DNA of 64,000 nucleotides from Spirochaetia bacterium (GTDB lineage Bacteria; Spirochaetota; Spirochaetia; CAKZLE01). The DNA lies in assembly GCA_963677595.1 (NCBI GenBank), contig OY782041.1, positions 608,001-672,000 of the forward strand, given 5' to 3'. The translations under genes were made by a program, and so were the position numbers. Within the stretch, counting starts at the first letter, position 1; each line of letters begins with the position of its first letter. The notes below the pieces were generated by a model that saw nothing but the letters and a program-made list of their open reading frames with translations, was not told the DNA's origin and did not search any database. Shown piece after piece: positions 8,676 through 19,239 of the stretch.

Positions 8676-10226
8676 CTATTCCCACTCCACCGTTCCAGGC
8701 GGTTTGGACGTGATATCATAGAGGACCCGATTCACCCTGGCTACCTCATTGCAGATCCTGTTCGATGCGGTCTGCAGTACTTCCGGGGGGAAGCGGTACC
8801 AGTCTGCCGTCATGGCATCCTCACTGGTCACAGCCCTCAGGGAGCAGACTTCCTCATAGGTCCTCTCATCTCCCTGGACCCCGACGCTCTTGACCGGCAG
8901 CAGGCAAGCCAATGCCTGCCAGATCTCTCCGTAGAGCCCTGCTTTCCTGATCTCATCGATGAAGATCGCATCGACATCCCGGAGGGTGTCGAGGCGTTCT
9001 TTGGTGATCTCCCCGATGCACCTGATCCCAAGCCCGGGGCCGGGGAAGGGATGACGATAGACCACCTCATCAGGCAGTCCGAGTTCCTTACCGAGTTCTC
9101 GTACCTCATCCTTGAAGAGCTCACGCAATGGTTCGATGAGCTCGAAACGGAGGTCCTCGGGGAGTCCCCCGACATTATGGTGACTCTTGATGGTCGCAGA
9201 CGGCCCACCGGTAGCCGAGATGCTCTCGATCACGTCTGGGTAGAGGGTCCCCTGTGCCAGGAAGTCCACATGGCCGATACTCCGTGCTTCATGCTCGAAG
9301 ACCTCGATGAACTCCTTCCCGATGATCTTGCGTTTGGCTTCCGGCTCTGAGATACCCTTGAGCTTGTCGAGGAAGCGATCCTCGGCATCCGCATACTGCA
9401 GTCGTATATGGAAGTTGTCCCGGAAGACCTGGATCACCAGGTCAGCTTCCCCTTTCCTCAGGAGGCCGTTATTCACGAAGACACAGACGAGCTGGTCGCC
9501 GATCGCCTTGTGCAGCAGCGCGGCAACCACGGAGGAATCGACTCCCCCGGAGAGGCCGCAGAGCACGATCCTGTCCCCCACTCGCTTCCTTATATCGGCC
9601 ACTGCCGTGTCGACGAATGATTCCATGCTCCAAGACTCGGTACAGCCGCAGATCCCATGAACGAAGTTGCTGATCAGTCTCGTCCCATGCTCGGTGTGAA
9701 CCACCTCGGGATGGAACTGTACCCCGAACATCTTCGTCTCAGGATTCTCGATGGCCGTGAACTCACAGTTCTCGGTCGAGGCGGTAAGGCTGAATCCCGC
9801 AGGGAGCCGGCAGACCGAGTCCCCGTGACTCATCCAGAGCTGGGTGCCTGGACCGATACCCTCGAAGAGGGGGGAATCCTTCACGCTCCCGAGGGAGGCA
9901 AAGCCGTACTCGCGCTTGTCAGGCCGCTGGACATCCCCGCCGAGCATCAGCGACATGACCTGGAGGCCGTAGCAGATCCCGAGGATCGGGATTCCGAGCT
10001 TGAAGATCTCCGGGTCGGGTCTCGGCGACCCCTCGACCCTGACACTTGCCGGTCCCCCGCTGAAGATGATCCCCTTCGGGTTCAACGCCTTGATCTGGTC
10101 GATCGAGGCATTGAAGGGAAGGATCTGGCTGTAGACGTGGGTCTCACGTACCCGCCGTGCGATCAGCTGGCTGTACTGTGCCCCGAAGTCCAGTACGATG
10201 ATTATCTGGTCATGTTCGCTCATCAT
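8676..10226 (-). CDS. guaA: GMP synthase (glutamine-hydrolysing)
   Basis: LDFGAQY, GICYGLQ, QFHPEV, SGGVDS, IKSHHNVGGLP and C-terminal KPPGTVEWE. Confidence 0.98.
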   Translation of the reverse strand: MMSEHDQIIIVLDFGAQYSQLIARRVRETHVYSQILPFNASIDQIKALNPKGIIFSGGPASVRVEGSPRPDPEIFKLGIPILGICYGLQVMSLMLGGDVQRPDKREYGFASLGSVKDSPLFEGIGPGTQLWMSHGDSVCRLPAGFSLTASTENCEFTAIENPETKMFGVQFHPEVVHTEHGTRLISNFVHGICGCTESWSMESFVDTAVADIRKRVGDRIVLCGLSGGVDSSVVAALLHKAIGDQLVCVFVNNGLLRKGEADLVIQVFRDNFHIRLQYADAEDRFLDKLKGISEPEAKRKIIGKEFIEVFEHEARSIGHVDFLAQGTLYPDVIESISATGGPSATIKSHHNVGGLPEDLRFELIEPLRELFKDEVRELGKELGLPDEVVYRHPFPGPGLGIRCIGEITKERLDTLRDVDAIFIDEIRKAGLYGEIWQALACLLPVKSVGVQGDERTYEEVCSLRAVTSEDAMTADWYRFPPEVLQTASNRICNEVARVNRVLYDITSKPPGTVEWE

Positions 10227-11692
10227 TACCTCGTTATCTGGTAGTTCAGCGGTTCCTCAGTGATCGTGATGTCATGAGGATGACTCTCATTGATCCCTGA
10301 CTGGGTCACCTGGATGAATTCGGCATGCTCACGCATCTCGGCTATCGTGGCACACCCGCAATACCCCATACCTGCCCTTAAGCCACCTACGAGTTGGTGA
10401 ACATAGGCTGAGAGAGGCCCCCTGAAGGGAACACGTCCCTCGATTCCCTCGGGAACGAGTTTCTCCGCATCAGTCACTTCTGACTGCATGTACCTGGCCT
10501 TGGATCCTTTCTGCATGGCCTTGACCGATCCCATACCGCGGTGGACCTTGTAGTTCCTGCCCATATGGGTGATCACCTCTCCCGGTGACTCGGCAGTACC
10601 GGCAAAGAGGTTGCCGATCATGACCACATCCGCCCCGACACCGATCGCCTTCACGATGTCACCGGAGAACTTGATGCCCCCGTCAGCGATGACCGGAATC
10701 CCGTGCTTCTTCGCCACCTCGACGACATCCATGACCGCGGTGAACTGCGGCACACCGACTCCTGCCACGACACGCGTCGTACAGATGGACCCAGGGCCGA
10801 CCCCTACCTTGAGGGCATCGACACCGGCTGCGATCAGCTTCTCTGCCGCATCCTTCGTGACGATGTTCCCCGCGATGACGTCGATCTGGGGGAACTCCTT
10901 CTTGACCATCCGGACCGTATCGGCAACCATGACGTTGTGGCCATGGGCACTGTCTACGACAAGGAGGTCCACTTCAGCCTCGACGAGGGCACGTGCCCGT
11001 TCAATCTCGGCGGCCCCGGTGCTGATCGCTGCCCCGACTCTCAGCCTGCCGGAAGCATCCTTGCAGCTGTTCGGGTAATCCTTCGCCTTCATGATGTCCT
11101 TGAAGGTGATGAGGCCTTTCAGGATCCCCTTCTCATCCACGATCGGCAGCTTCTCGATCCTGTAGGTGTGAAGTAGTGCACTCGCCTCTTCCAGAGATGT
11201 CCCCGGGCCTGCAGTGATGAGGTTCTCCTTCGTCATGGCATCGGAGAGCTTCATGGAGAAGTCCTTATGGAATCGAAGGTCCCGGTTGGTGAGGATGCCC
11301 ACGAGTCTCCCTGCATCATCAGTCACGGGGATGCCTGAGATATGGTACCGTGCCATCAGGTCTGTGGCATCCTTGACGGTGTTATCAGGCTTGAGCGAGA
11401 TCGGGGTCGTGATGATCCCTGACTGGGAACGTTTGACCTTGTCTACCTCTGCAGCCTGCTCCTCGATGGAGAGGTTCTTGTGGATGATCCCGATCCCCCC
11501 TTCTCTCGCCAGCGCTATCGCGAGCCTTGACTCGGTCACGGTATCCATCGCCGCGCTCACGAGCGGGATCTGCAGCTCGATGTTCCGGCTGATACGGGTA
11601 GTCGTATCGACATCCCGGGGGACGATCCTGGACTCTGCCGGGATCAACAGCACATCATCGAATGATAGTCCTTTCCTGATCTCTTTCATCAC
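10226..11692 (-). CDS. guaB: IMP dehydrogenase
   Basis: SAAMDTVTE, CBS pair, GVGPGSICTT catalytic Cys, ADGGI and VPEGIEG. Confidence 0.98.
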   Translation of the reverse strand: MMKEIRKGLSFDDVLLIPAESRIVPRDVDTTTRISRNIELQIPLVSAAMDTVTESRLAIALAREGGIGIIHKNLSIEEQAAEVDKVKRSQSGIITTPISLKPDNTVKDATDLMARYHISGIPVTDDAGRLVGILTNRDLRFHKDFSMKLSDAMTKENLITAGPGTSLEEASALLHTYRIEKLPIVDEKGILKGLITFKDIMKAKDYPNSCKDASGRLRVGAAISTGAAEIERARALVEAEVDLLVVDSAHGHNVMVADTVRMVKKEFPQIDVIAGNIVTKDAAEKLIAAGVDALKVGVGPGSICTTRVVAGVGVPQFTAVMDVVEVAKKHGIPVIADGGIKFSGDIVKAIGVGADVVMIGNLFAGTAESPGEVITHMGRNYKVHRGMGSVKAMQKGSKARYMQSEVTDAEKLVPEGIEGRVPFRGPLSAYVHQLVGGLRAGMGYCGCATIAEMREHAEFIQVTQSGINESHPHDITITEEPLNYQITR

Positions 11693-11726
11693 CTGTTCCT
11701 TATCTGTATGTGTTCTCTATGCGATA

Positions 11727-11757
11727 AGGGCCGTTCTTCCTCGCGAAGAACGGCCCT
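11727..11757 (-). terminator. Hairpin after the ECF S-component gene
   Basis: AGGGCCGTTCTTC-CTCGC-GAAGAACGGCCCT 13-bp stem. Confidence 0.7.
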
Positions 11758-11765
11758 ATTGTACC

Positions 11766-12332
11766 TTACCAATAAAAATCCCTGACTGGCGGGTATGCCC
11801 GGTAGACGGCGCGTGTCAGCAGTAGTCCACCGACCACACCGACGACGTTCTGTATGATGTTCCCGGGTATCTCAGCGAGTGCTGGGCCGAAGCCCGACAT
11901 GGCAGCCCCTGCCAGGTAGTAGAGCGCTACCATGATGAGCGTACCGAGCAGGCCGGCGAAGATGACCCGTATCTTCGGGAACGCATCCTGCACGGACGAG
12001 CCGGATCTCACGGCGCCCCTCATGACGGCCCCTGCGGCGAATCCCTGGATGCCGTGGATGAAGAACGAGATGATAGCCCATTGCGGGTATCCGCCTATGA
12101 TATCAGCCAGACCTGTCCCGAGGCCTCCCGCGATCATTGCCGTCACCGGCCCGAGTGTGAATGCAGTGAAGTAGATAGCAACATCCCCGAGGTTAATATA
12201 GCCACGGGTAGGTGCGATCGGGATCCTGATGATCAGGGTGAAGACTGCAGTCACGGCTGTGAGTATCGCAATGGAGGAGACTCGGAAAGCTGGTGATATA
12301 TGTCGTTTTACATCTGGATTTGAATCTTCCAT
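11766..12332 (-). CDS. ECF transporter S component
   Basis: IRIPIAPTRGYINLGD and GLGTGLADIIGGY motifs; about 6 TM segments. Confidence 0.88.
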   Translation of the reverse strand: MEDSNPDVKRHISPAFRVSSIAILTAVTAVFTLIIRIPIAPTRGYINLGDVAIYFTAFTLGPVTAMIAGGLGTGLADIIGGYPQWAIISFFIHGIQGFAAGAVMRGAVRSGSSVQDAFPKIRVIFAGLLGTLIMVALYYLAGAAMSGFGPALAEIPGNIIQNVVGVVGGLLLTRAVYRAYPPVRDFYW

Positions 12333-12375
12333 ATGGTGTCCTTTATGTCTGTCAGCTTTAATAACTCTATCTCAC

Positions 12376-13113
12376 CTAGGCAAATATGCCGGGGAGAACC
12401 AAGAATATGACGGCTATCATAACGGAAATCACAAGATGGGTAAAGAGCTTTCGGTCATTATTCAGCGATTTGTATGCTCTTCTTTTCTTCCGAAGCCCTG
12501 AAGCCCCGAATCCCCGGTGCTCAAGGCTCATCGATAGTTCCGGGATCGTCCTGATAGAGTAGATCATAACAGATGTGAGGGATGGAATCAATGAAGCAAG
12601 CCGGTGTGAGAACCGATTCGTGGAGCTATCTGCCCCCATCCTGAGGCGATGGGCATCCTGGACCTGTCGGTATACCCCACCGAGATAGGGAATGAACCGC
12701 AGCGACATGGTGATCACCAGTGCCGCGTTGTACGGGAGCCGGAACCAGCGCAGGGTCAGGATGACGGTAGACATCTCCGTCGTCCTGAAGAAGAGCGAGA
12801 AGAGATAGCTGATCGAGGTGAACCGTAAGAGCAGCCTGCCTGTGATCAGGAAGGGGTCCTGGAGGTAGAAGGGAGGTGTCAGCACCGCGATGAGTACCAG
12901 GATCGGCCATACGGCGATGATCGGGGTAAAGACCATCCTCCCCCCGAGGGATGTTGCAGTGACCATGACCAACAGCAGGAGCAACCCGCCATGCAGGGTG
13001 ATAGGCACAGGCAGGAAGATGTATGTAAGAAAAAAGACCAGAAGGACCAGCTTGACCCTCGGGTCGAAGCGGTGGAGATAGCTGGTGCCGGGGAGGTAGA
13101 GGGTCATCTGCAT
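12376..13113 (-). CDS. ECF transporter T component (EcfT/CbiQ)
   Basis: LHRFDPRVKL, LRFIPY, and AHRLR / LEHRGF Arg motifs. Confidence 0.88.
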   Translation of the reverse strand: MQMTLYLPGTSYLHRFDPRVKLVLLVFFLTYIFLPVPITLHGGLLLLLVMVTATSLGGRMVFTPIIAVWPILVLIAVLTPPFYLQDPFLITGRLLLRFTSISYLFSLFFRTTEMSTVILTLRWFRLPYNAALVITMSLRFIPYLGGVYRQVQDAHRLRMGADSSTNRFSHRLASLIPSLTSVMIYSIRTIPELSMSLEHRGFGASGLRKKRRAYKSLNNDRKLFTHLVISVMIAVIFLVLPGIFA

Positions 13114-14582
13114 AGGTTCTTCTCCCCGGTGATCCTTCCTGCTTCCATCATCACGATCCGATGGGCGCAGTGTTCGGCGATCCTCATGTCATGGGTGATG
13201 AAGATCAGGGCATCGACCCGTTTGGCCAATAGCGAGATGATCATGGTGTAATCCTCGAGGGAGATCCCTGAGTCAGTCTCATCGAGGATGCAGACCTTCC
13301 TGTCCAGCAGATAGTAGACTGCTGCCTGAAGGCGCTTTCGCTTGCCGTAGCTCATGATGGCAGGCGGGGACTGGAGGGCCCCGAGCCTGAAGAGCCCTGC
13401 AGCCTCCGTGATGAGCGGTTCTGCCTCCTTCCTCCCGATCCCCTTCTGCTTGAGCCCGAACCCGAGCTCTTCATGGATGGTGGGCAGGAATATCTGGAAA
13501 TCGGGATTCTGGAAGAGGTATCCGGTGTGCTTGGTCAGGGAGGTCGCCGAGGCAACCCCTTCCCGCGTCAGGATCCTGCCTCCCTCAGGCTTCAGCAGCC
13601 CGCAGAGCAGCCTGCAGAGCGTACTCTTTCCCGACCCGTTCGGTCCGTACAATGCCAGGACCTCCCCTCGGTAGAGATCGAGCCTGTCTATTTGGAGCGA
13701 GAACTGGTGTTCCTGGTGTGCAAAGGTGAACGAGAGGTCTTCGACTGAGAAGATGCTCTCCTCGGTGGCTCTACTGACAGCAGGGAGCGCTACGCTCCCA
13801 AGCCGGTCATCCAGGGAGGAGAGGACCGTCTCTTCATCAGAGGTGAGGATCGTGTTCCCTGATTCCTGGGTCACGATACAGCTGAACCGGTTCCCGTAGC
13901 GGTGAAAGAGCTCAATGTCCTTCGAGGCCAGGATAAGGACACTCTTGCCCCGTTCTGCAAGTGAGTGGAGGATCTTCTCCCTCCAGCGGGTATCGAGCTC
14001 CTCGAAGGTCTCATCGAGGACCCACAGGTCCGGGTCTACCGCATCGAGGACAGCCATGAGCAGACGCTTCTTCTCCCCCCCGGAGAGGGAAGCCGGGTTG
14101 CTTACCCGGTAGGACCCAAGTTCATAGAAATCTATGACCCGCTCCAGCCGTTCTTCCATCTCCTCATGCGTGAGTCCCATATGTTCCAGGGGGAAGATGA
14201 TCTCATCCTCGCATACCGGCATGAAGAGCTGCTCCTCCGGGTTCTGGAAGACCAGCCCTATCGTCCTTAGGAGGTCATGGGCCGGGTTTCCGATCACGGC
14301 CTTTTCACCTATGGTGACAGAGCCTGAGAGTCTCCCGCCGTGATACATAGGGACCAACCCGGCCAGCAGCCTGCCAAACGTCGTCTTCCCGCTCTCTGGA
14401 CGACCATAGAGGATATGGACCTCACCTTTGAACAGGTCTAAAGAGACATCGGTGAAGAGCGGGCCTGAAGTGGTCCCGGGATATGAGGTATAGGTGAATG
14501 TAAGGTTCCTGATCTCTGCTACTGTGTTCATCTGCACATCAAACAGTACCGGGTTACGGGGGTTTTGTCTATCATTACCCAT
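13104..14582 (-). CDS. ECF transporter tandem (duplicated) ATPase
   Basis: Two ABC domains: GRPESGKT and GPNGSGKS, FQNP, LSGGEKKR. The true start may be slightly downstream. Confidence 0.88.
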   Translation of the reverse strand: MGNDRQNPRNPVLFDVQMNTVAEIRNLTFTYTSYPGTTSGPLFTDVSLDLFKGEVHILYGRPESGKTTFGRLLAGLVPMYHGGRLSGSVTIGEKAVIGNPAHDLLRTIGLVFQNPEEQLFMPVCEDEIIFPLEHMGLTHEEMEERLERVIDFYELGSYRVSNPASLSGGEKKRLLMAVLDAVDPDLWVLDETFEELDTRWREKILHSLAERGKSVLILASKDIELFHRYGNRFSCIVTQESGNTILTSDEETVLSSLDDRLGSVALPAVSRATEESIFSVEDLSFTFAHQEHQFSLQIDRLDLYRGEVLALYGPNGSGKSTLCRLLCGLLKPEGGRILTREGVASATSLTKHTGYLFQNPDFQIFLPTIHEELGFGLKQKGIGRKEAEPLITEAAGLFRLGALQSPPAIMSYGKRKRLQAAVYYLLDRKVCILDETDSGISLEDYTMIISLLAKRVDALIFITHDMRIAEHCAHRIVMMEAGRITGEKNLCR

Positions 14583-14642
14583 CGAGAACCCTATTTTTCA
14601 TATCCAGCCCTTTCCTTAGTACCAACTTCGTACAAGAGTGAT

Positions 14643-15551
14643 TCAATACGGGACTTTGCGAAACTCGTTCGGGGTGAGATCTACGATCTTCCTGAACGCC
14701 CTGATGAAATGAGAGGATGAGCTGAACCCACAGTGTTCCGCTATCGTCTCGATAGTCGCTCGGGAATTGGTAAGCAGGCGTTTTGCTTCGAGGATCCTCC
14801 TATTCTGCAGGTATTGGTGCGGGGCAAGGCCTAACTCTTCCCTGAACAACCGGCTGAAATGGAATTGACTATAATTGAAACGGGCTGCTATTTCATTGAC
14901 CTGCAGCGGTTCGGCATAATGCTCATCAATGAACTTGACTGCTCCTGCGATTTTCTCGTTACTGCAGCCATCTTCATGGTCTGCAACCAGATGTGTGAAG
15001 ATACTGTGTAGATGGAGTGACCGGATATGCCCATCACCATTCCCGCTCTTCAGCAGCTTCATCAGTTCCGCCATATGGGCACCAGCTGCCTTTGCAGCAT
15101 CACCGGTGAAATGGGATCCCCTGCTTCGATAGATATACTCGATATATTCGTCTGTGATATTCCCGGAGAAGTGTACGAACGCGAACGTAACCGGTCTTTG
15201 GGCATAATAACAGTTCGGATATGCCCCGCTGAGCAGCACCACATCCCCCACTCCTGCGACCCATACCCTGTCGCGATACTCGAAGCACAGCTCCCCTTCG
15301 AGCATATGGAACATGATGGAAGAATCAAAACATGGACGATCTATACGATAGGGATAGTCACAATGATACACTGCCCCGAAATGGACATTGAACAGGTACC
15401 GATTGACGAATTCGCTGACAGTCGGGAAGTATATGCCCTCTTTCCCGAGCACACCCCGTTCAGGGATTCCTGTCTCGCTGTCCAAAACCAGGGTCGTCGA
15501 CCTACCGATCACATCAGTCTTCATACAGTACCTCGTGAATTCAGGATACAC
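14643..15551 (-). CDS. AraC family transcriptional regulator
   Basis: C-terminal HFSRLFRE...IAEHCGFSSSSHFIRAFRK double HTH; N-terminal cupin-like domain. Confidence 0.9.
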   Translation of the reverse strand: MYPEFTRYCMKTDVIGRSTTLVLDSETGIPERGVLGKEGIYFPTVSEFVNRYLFNVHFGAVYHCDYPYRIDRPCFDSSIMFHMLEGELCFEYRDRVWVAGVGDVVLLSGAYPNCYYAQRPVTFAFVHFSGNITDEYIEYIYRSRGSHFTGDAAKAAGAHMAELMKLLKSGNGDGHIRSLHLHSIFTHLVADHEDGCSNEKIAGAVKFIDEHYAEPLQVNEIAARFNYSQFHFSRLFREELGLAPHQYLQNRRILEAKRLLTNSRATIETIAEHCGFSSSSHFIRAFRKIVDLTPNEFRKVPY

Positions 15552-15716
15552 GATAGAGCAAGATTTGTATATTATTAAGCAATTTTATATAGTGACTTCT
15601 CTAAACAGTAATATATCATACAATTAAAGAACCTCTTGAAGCATCACACTACAATATTGAAAGCAAGATAGTACAATCACTATAAATTCGACAGGTGAGA
15701 GCCAAGGAGAACGGAC

Positions 15717-16964
15717 ATGACAGGAAAAGAGCGGGTATTGGATGCGATCAACCATAAGTCCGGAAAAGTGCCGGTCGATTTCGGATCCAATGCGGTAACC
15801 GGGATGCATGTATCCATCGTTCAGGCCCTGCGGGACCATTATGGGTTAGAAGAACGTCCAGTTAAAGTGATAGAGCCCTATCAGATGCTCGGTGAAATCG
15901 ATGACGAGCTCAAACAGCAGATCGGGATCGATGTAGAAGGACTTTTCTCCCCCCTATCGAACTGGGGGTTTCCCCTCACAGACTGGAAGGAGTGGACCAC
16001 TCCCTGGGGACAGGAAGTCCTGGTACCGGGGAAGTTCTCAGTCTCGACTGAAGGCGGAGCCACATTCATATATCCTCAGGGTGACCGGGACTCAGCCCCC
16101 TCCGGACATATGCCGGAAGGCGGGTATTTCTTCGATACCATCATCAGGCAGAACCATTTCGATGAGAACACTATCAGGGTCGAGGATAATCTCGAGGAAT
16201 TCACGCTTTTCAATAATCAGGATCTGCAGTTCTACCGGGACCATAAGCAGTGGGCAGCCAATTCTGATCGGGCTGTACTTGGAAGCTTCCCTGGAGCCGG
16301 TCTTGGTGATATAGCCCTCGTACCCGGCCCCGGCCTGAAGGACCCAAGGGGGATCCGAGACGTGACCGAATGGTATATGTCCATGGCCCTGCGGCAGGAC
16401 CTCCTCCATGAGATCTTCGCTTCTCAGACAGATATAGCCCTGCAGAACCTGCAGACCTACAAAGATATTCTCGGGGACTCCATACAGATCGTGTTCACCT
16501 GCGGGACCGATTTCGGCACCCAGAATTCCCAGTTCTGCTCGACTGTCGCATTTGATGAGCTCTACCTTCCCTACTACCGAAAAGTGAACGACTGGATCCA
16601 CAGCAATACGAACTGGAAGGTCTTCAAGCACAGTTGCGGGGCAGTAGAGGGATTCCTGAGCCATTTCATCGAAGCCGGGTTCGACATCATCAATCCAGTC
16701 CAGTGTTCCGCTGCAGGGATGGACCCAATGACTCTCAAAGAACGTTATGGTAAGGATATCACCTTCTGGGGCGGAGGGGTGAACACACAGCACACGCTCC
16801 CCTTCGGAACACCGGAGGATGTTCGGAAAGAAGTCCTTGAGCGGCTAGAGATCTTCTCCCGTGATGGGGGCTACGTCTTTGATGCCATTCATAATGTCCA
16901 AGCCCAGACACCTATTGCCAATGTGGTTGCCATGCTCGAGGCTGTGCAGGAGTTCAATGCCTGA
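15717..16964 (+). CDS. Uroporphyrinogen decarboxylase / MtaA-CmuA superfamily protein
   Basis: MTGKERV...PVDFG, GTDFGTQ, KHSCG, FWGGGVNTQ and GGYVFDAIHNVQ motifs. Confidence 0.85.
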   Translation: MTGKERVLDAINHKSGKVPVDFGSNAVTGMHVSIVQALRDHYGLEERPVKVIEPYQMLGEIDDELKQQIGIDVEGLFSPLSNWGFPLTDWKEWTTPWGQEVLVPGKFSVSTEGGATFIYPQGDRDSAPSGHMPEGGYFFDTIIRQNHFDENTIRVEDNLEEFTLFNNQDLQFYRDHKQWAANSDRAVLGSFPGAGLGDIALVPGPGLKDPRGIRDVTEWYMSMALRQDLLHEIFASQTDIALQNLQTYKDILGDSIQIVFTCGTDFGTQNSQFCSTVAFDELYLPYYRKVNDWIHSNTNWKVFKHSCGAVEGFLSHFIEAGFDIINPVQCSAAGMDPMTLKERYGKDITFWGGGVNTQHTLPFGTPEDVRKEVLERLEIFSRDGGYVFDAIHNVQAQTPIANVVAMLEAVQEFNA

Positions 16965-16986
16965 GGAGAGAGACTGGTCGGAGAAA

Positions 16987-17022
16987 AGGGAGGGCACCAT
17001 GATCTGCCATGATGCCCTTCCT
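16987..17022. terminator. Hairpin between convergent UROD-like genes
   Basis: Imperfect inverted repeat AGGGAGGGCAC...TGCCCTTCCT. Confidence 0.55.
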
Positions 17023-17043
17023 ACAGCCGGATCTCTCTTACTA

Positions 17044-18282
17044 TCAGTAGCGAATCGAGTTCACTACCTCATACATCGCTACGATATTCTCCGGGGGGAT
17101 CCCCGGGAGCATGTTATGGATCGGGGTGAACACGAAACCACCGTCCTTCATGAAGATCTCACAATTCCTCTTCACCGCATCCCTGACCGACTGCTCATCC
17201 CCGAAGGCCAGCAGGTTCTGGGTATCAACTCCACCACCCCAGAACACCAGGTCTTTCCCGAACTCGTTCTTCAGTTCCTGGGGATCCATGTTAGTACATT
17301 GGGTCTGTACCGGGTTGAGGATATCAAGGCCCGCCTCGATGAGGGAGGGAATGAGGTCCTTGATCGCACCGCAGCTGTGGATGAACGTCTTGAGGCTGGA
17401 ATGCTCATGGACGAAATCGAAGACCGCTTTATGGTACGGGAAGATCAGTTCTTTGTATAAAGCCGGGGAAATCAGCGGGGCAGACTGCATCCCGAGGTCA
17501 TCCGAGAATATGATGACATCAGCATAGCCGTCTACGGCCTTGAGGTATTTCTCGAGATTGACGAAGTGCCTCTCCAGCATCGTATCAAAGAGCATCCTCA
17601 CCTCGTCAGGCTCTACCAGCATCTTCATGAAGAACTCATCATTCCTGTAGAGCCACTGGCCGGGCTCGAACACGATGTTGCTGTAATTGGCCGTGATGCA
17701 GTAGTCGGTCTCATCATACAGCTTCTTGGCAGCCCTGTTGATATTCTCATAGAAGTCCGGTTCACTGTCATGGAGGAACATCGGGTCCTTGATCGTCAGC
17801 CAGCTCACCTTCTTCATGGCTTGCTCCAGATCATCGAAGTTCTCGTTCGTCTTGCCGTAATATGGATAGATCTGCTGGTCAAAATAGAACGCACCCTCAA
17901 CCATGGAGGTGAGCACATCCCCGTCATCATCAACGACGACCCATTCAGATCCTCTCTTCTCCAGCTTAGCCCAGCCGGGGAACTTCGCCTTCGATCCATC
18001 GGGGAGTGTCCAATCCTTCCACTCAGAGTCGTTGAAACTGTAGACTCTGGCAAGGTCTACTACATCGATCTGGAACTTATCAAGGTACCATTGCTCAGGG
18101 AGCGCAAGCTGCTGGTTGACATCATAGATCCGGGTCGTACTGCCAGACACCCCGAGATACTCCTTCACATCGTTATACAGCATAGCGCTGATACCTGAGG
18201 AGTGCATACCGCCGCAATCAAGGGCTATCTTATCCGCTTCCTTGTGATTCAGGACAGCCCGTACTCGCTCTCTTCTTGTCAT
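17044..18282 (-). CDS. Uroporphyrinogen decarboxylase / MtaA-CmuA superfamily protein
   Basis: MTRRERV, SDDLGMQ, HSCG, FWGGGVDTQ and GGFVFTPIHN motifs. Confidence 0.85.
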   Translation of the reverse strand: MTRRERVRAVLNHKEADKIALDCGGMHSSGISAMLYNDVKEYLGVSGSTTRIYDVNQQLALPEQWYLDKFQIDVVDLARVYSFNDSEWKDWTLPDGSKAKFPGWAKLEKRGSEWVVVDDDGDVLTSMVEGAFYFDQQIYPYYGKTNENFDDLEQAMKKVSWLTIKDPMFLHDSEPDFYENINRAAKKLYDETDYCITANYSNIVFEPGQWLYRNDEFFMKMLVEPDEVRMLFDTMLERHFVNLEKYLKAVDGYADVIIFSDDLGMQSAPLISPALYKELIFPYHKAVFDFVHEHSSLKTFIHSCGAIKDLIPSLIEAGLDILNPVQTQCTNMDPQELKNEFGKDLVFWGGGVDTQNLLAFGDEQSVRDAVKRNCEIFMKDGGFVFTPIHNMLPGIPPENIVAMYEVVNSIRY

Positions 18283-18456
18283 GTTATCCTCCTCCTTTTC
18301 TTGAAAACCATCCAGAACAACTGCTGCGCGCTCACTGCAGGAACGCTTTATTCCTCAGAACCCCTGAGATGATGACAAGCTGTGGTGTATGGTAATGAAT
18401 CAGGGCGATCCTGAAAGCTCTTCTGCTCACAGGAAAGCCCTTATAAATCGTAGTAT

Positions 18457-19239
18457 CTAGAAGATACCCATGATCGCCTTGACGGCGGTCGCAGTATCTT
18501 TCTCCGGGAACAGTTCGGACCCGACGATCCCCTCGTACCCCAGCTTCTTGAGGTGCTTCATCACATTGGGGTAGTTGATCTCACCAGTCCCCGGCTCATG
18601 CCTGCCCGGGGCGTCTGCGATATGTATATGACCGATCGTATCCACGAACTCGGAGAGGGTATCACAGATTTTCCCTTCGTTGAGCTGCATGTGGTACACG
18701 TCATAGAGGATCTTCACCCTCGGTGACCCGATAAGCCGTATCATCTCTGCTGCCATCCTGGTGTTCTCCAGGAAATTCCCCACATGGTCTGTCGTGATGT
18801 TCAGCCCTTCCAGGTTACAGTTGATCCCAAACTCCTCAGCCATGACAGAGACATCCTTGAGCATATCATACATCGAACAGAGCTTGACCGTATGTGAGAG
18901 CTCGGTGTAGTGGTTCACCACCACTCCCCCGTCGCCCAAAGCATTGGAGTGGATCGTCACGCTCAATGATCCTAGTCGCTTGGCTACCTCCAGGGACTGC
19001 CGGAGAAAATCCAGATATTTCTCCTTATGGGTCGGGTCTACCAATGAATAGTCAGCATCACCATTATACCCGCAGATGCCAATCCCTGCCTCATCGGCGA
19101 GGCGTCTCACCTCGTCGATATCCTTATCTCTCCAATCCCAGAATTCCACAAAGTCGAACCCATCCTGCTTTGCTGCAGCGAAGCGTTCTTCCCATGGCAG
19201 TTCTGTATATAATGTCTCTATACAGGCTGCAGTCTTCAT
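18457..19239 (-). CDS. Hydroxypyruvate isomerase-like TIM-barrel isomerase/epimerase
   Basis: FVEFW, LEGLN, YDVYHMQ and HIHIADAPGRHEPGTGEINY motifs; overlaps the upstream iolG stop. Confidence 0.85.
   Translation of the reverse strand: MKTAACIETLYTELPWEERFAAAKQDGFDFVEFWDWRDKDIDEVRRLADEAGIGICGYNGDADYSLVDPTHKEKYLDFLRQSLEVAKRLGSLSVTIHSNALGDGGVVVNHYTELSHTVKLCSMYDMLKDVSVMAEEFGINCNLEGLNITTDHVGNFLENTRMAAEMIRLIGSPRVKILYDVYHMQLNEGKICDTLSEFVDTIGHIHIADAPGRHEPGTGEINYPNVMKHLKKLGYEGIVGSELFPEKDTATAVKAIMGIF

Noticed and set aside
11692-11766. Purine riboswitch upstream of guaB
   Set aside because: The interval is about 70 bp and holds only a terminator-like hairpin, with no purine aptamer consensus.
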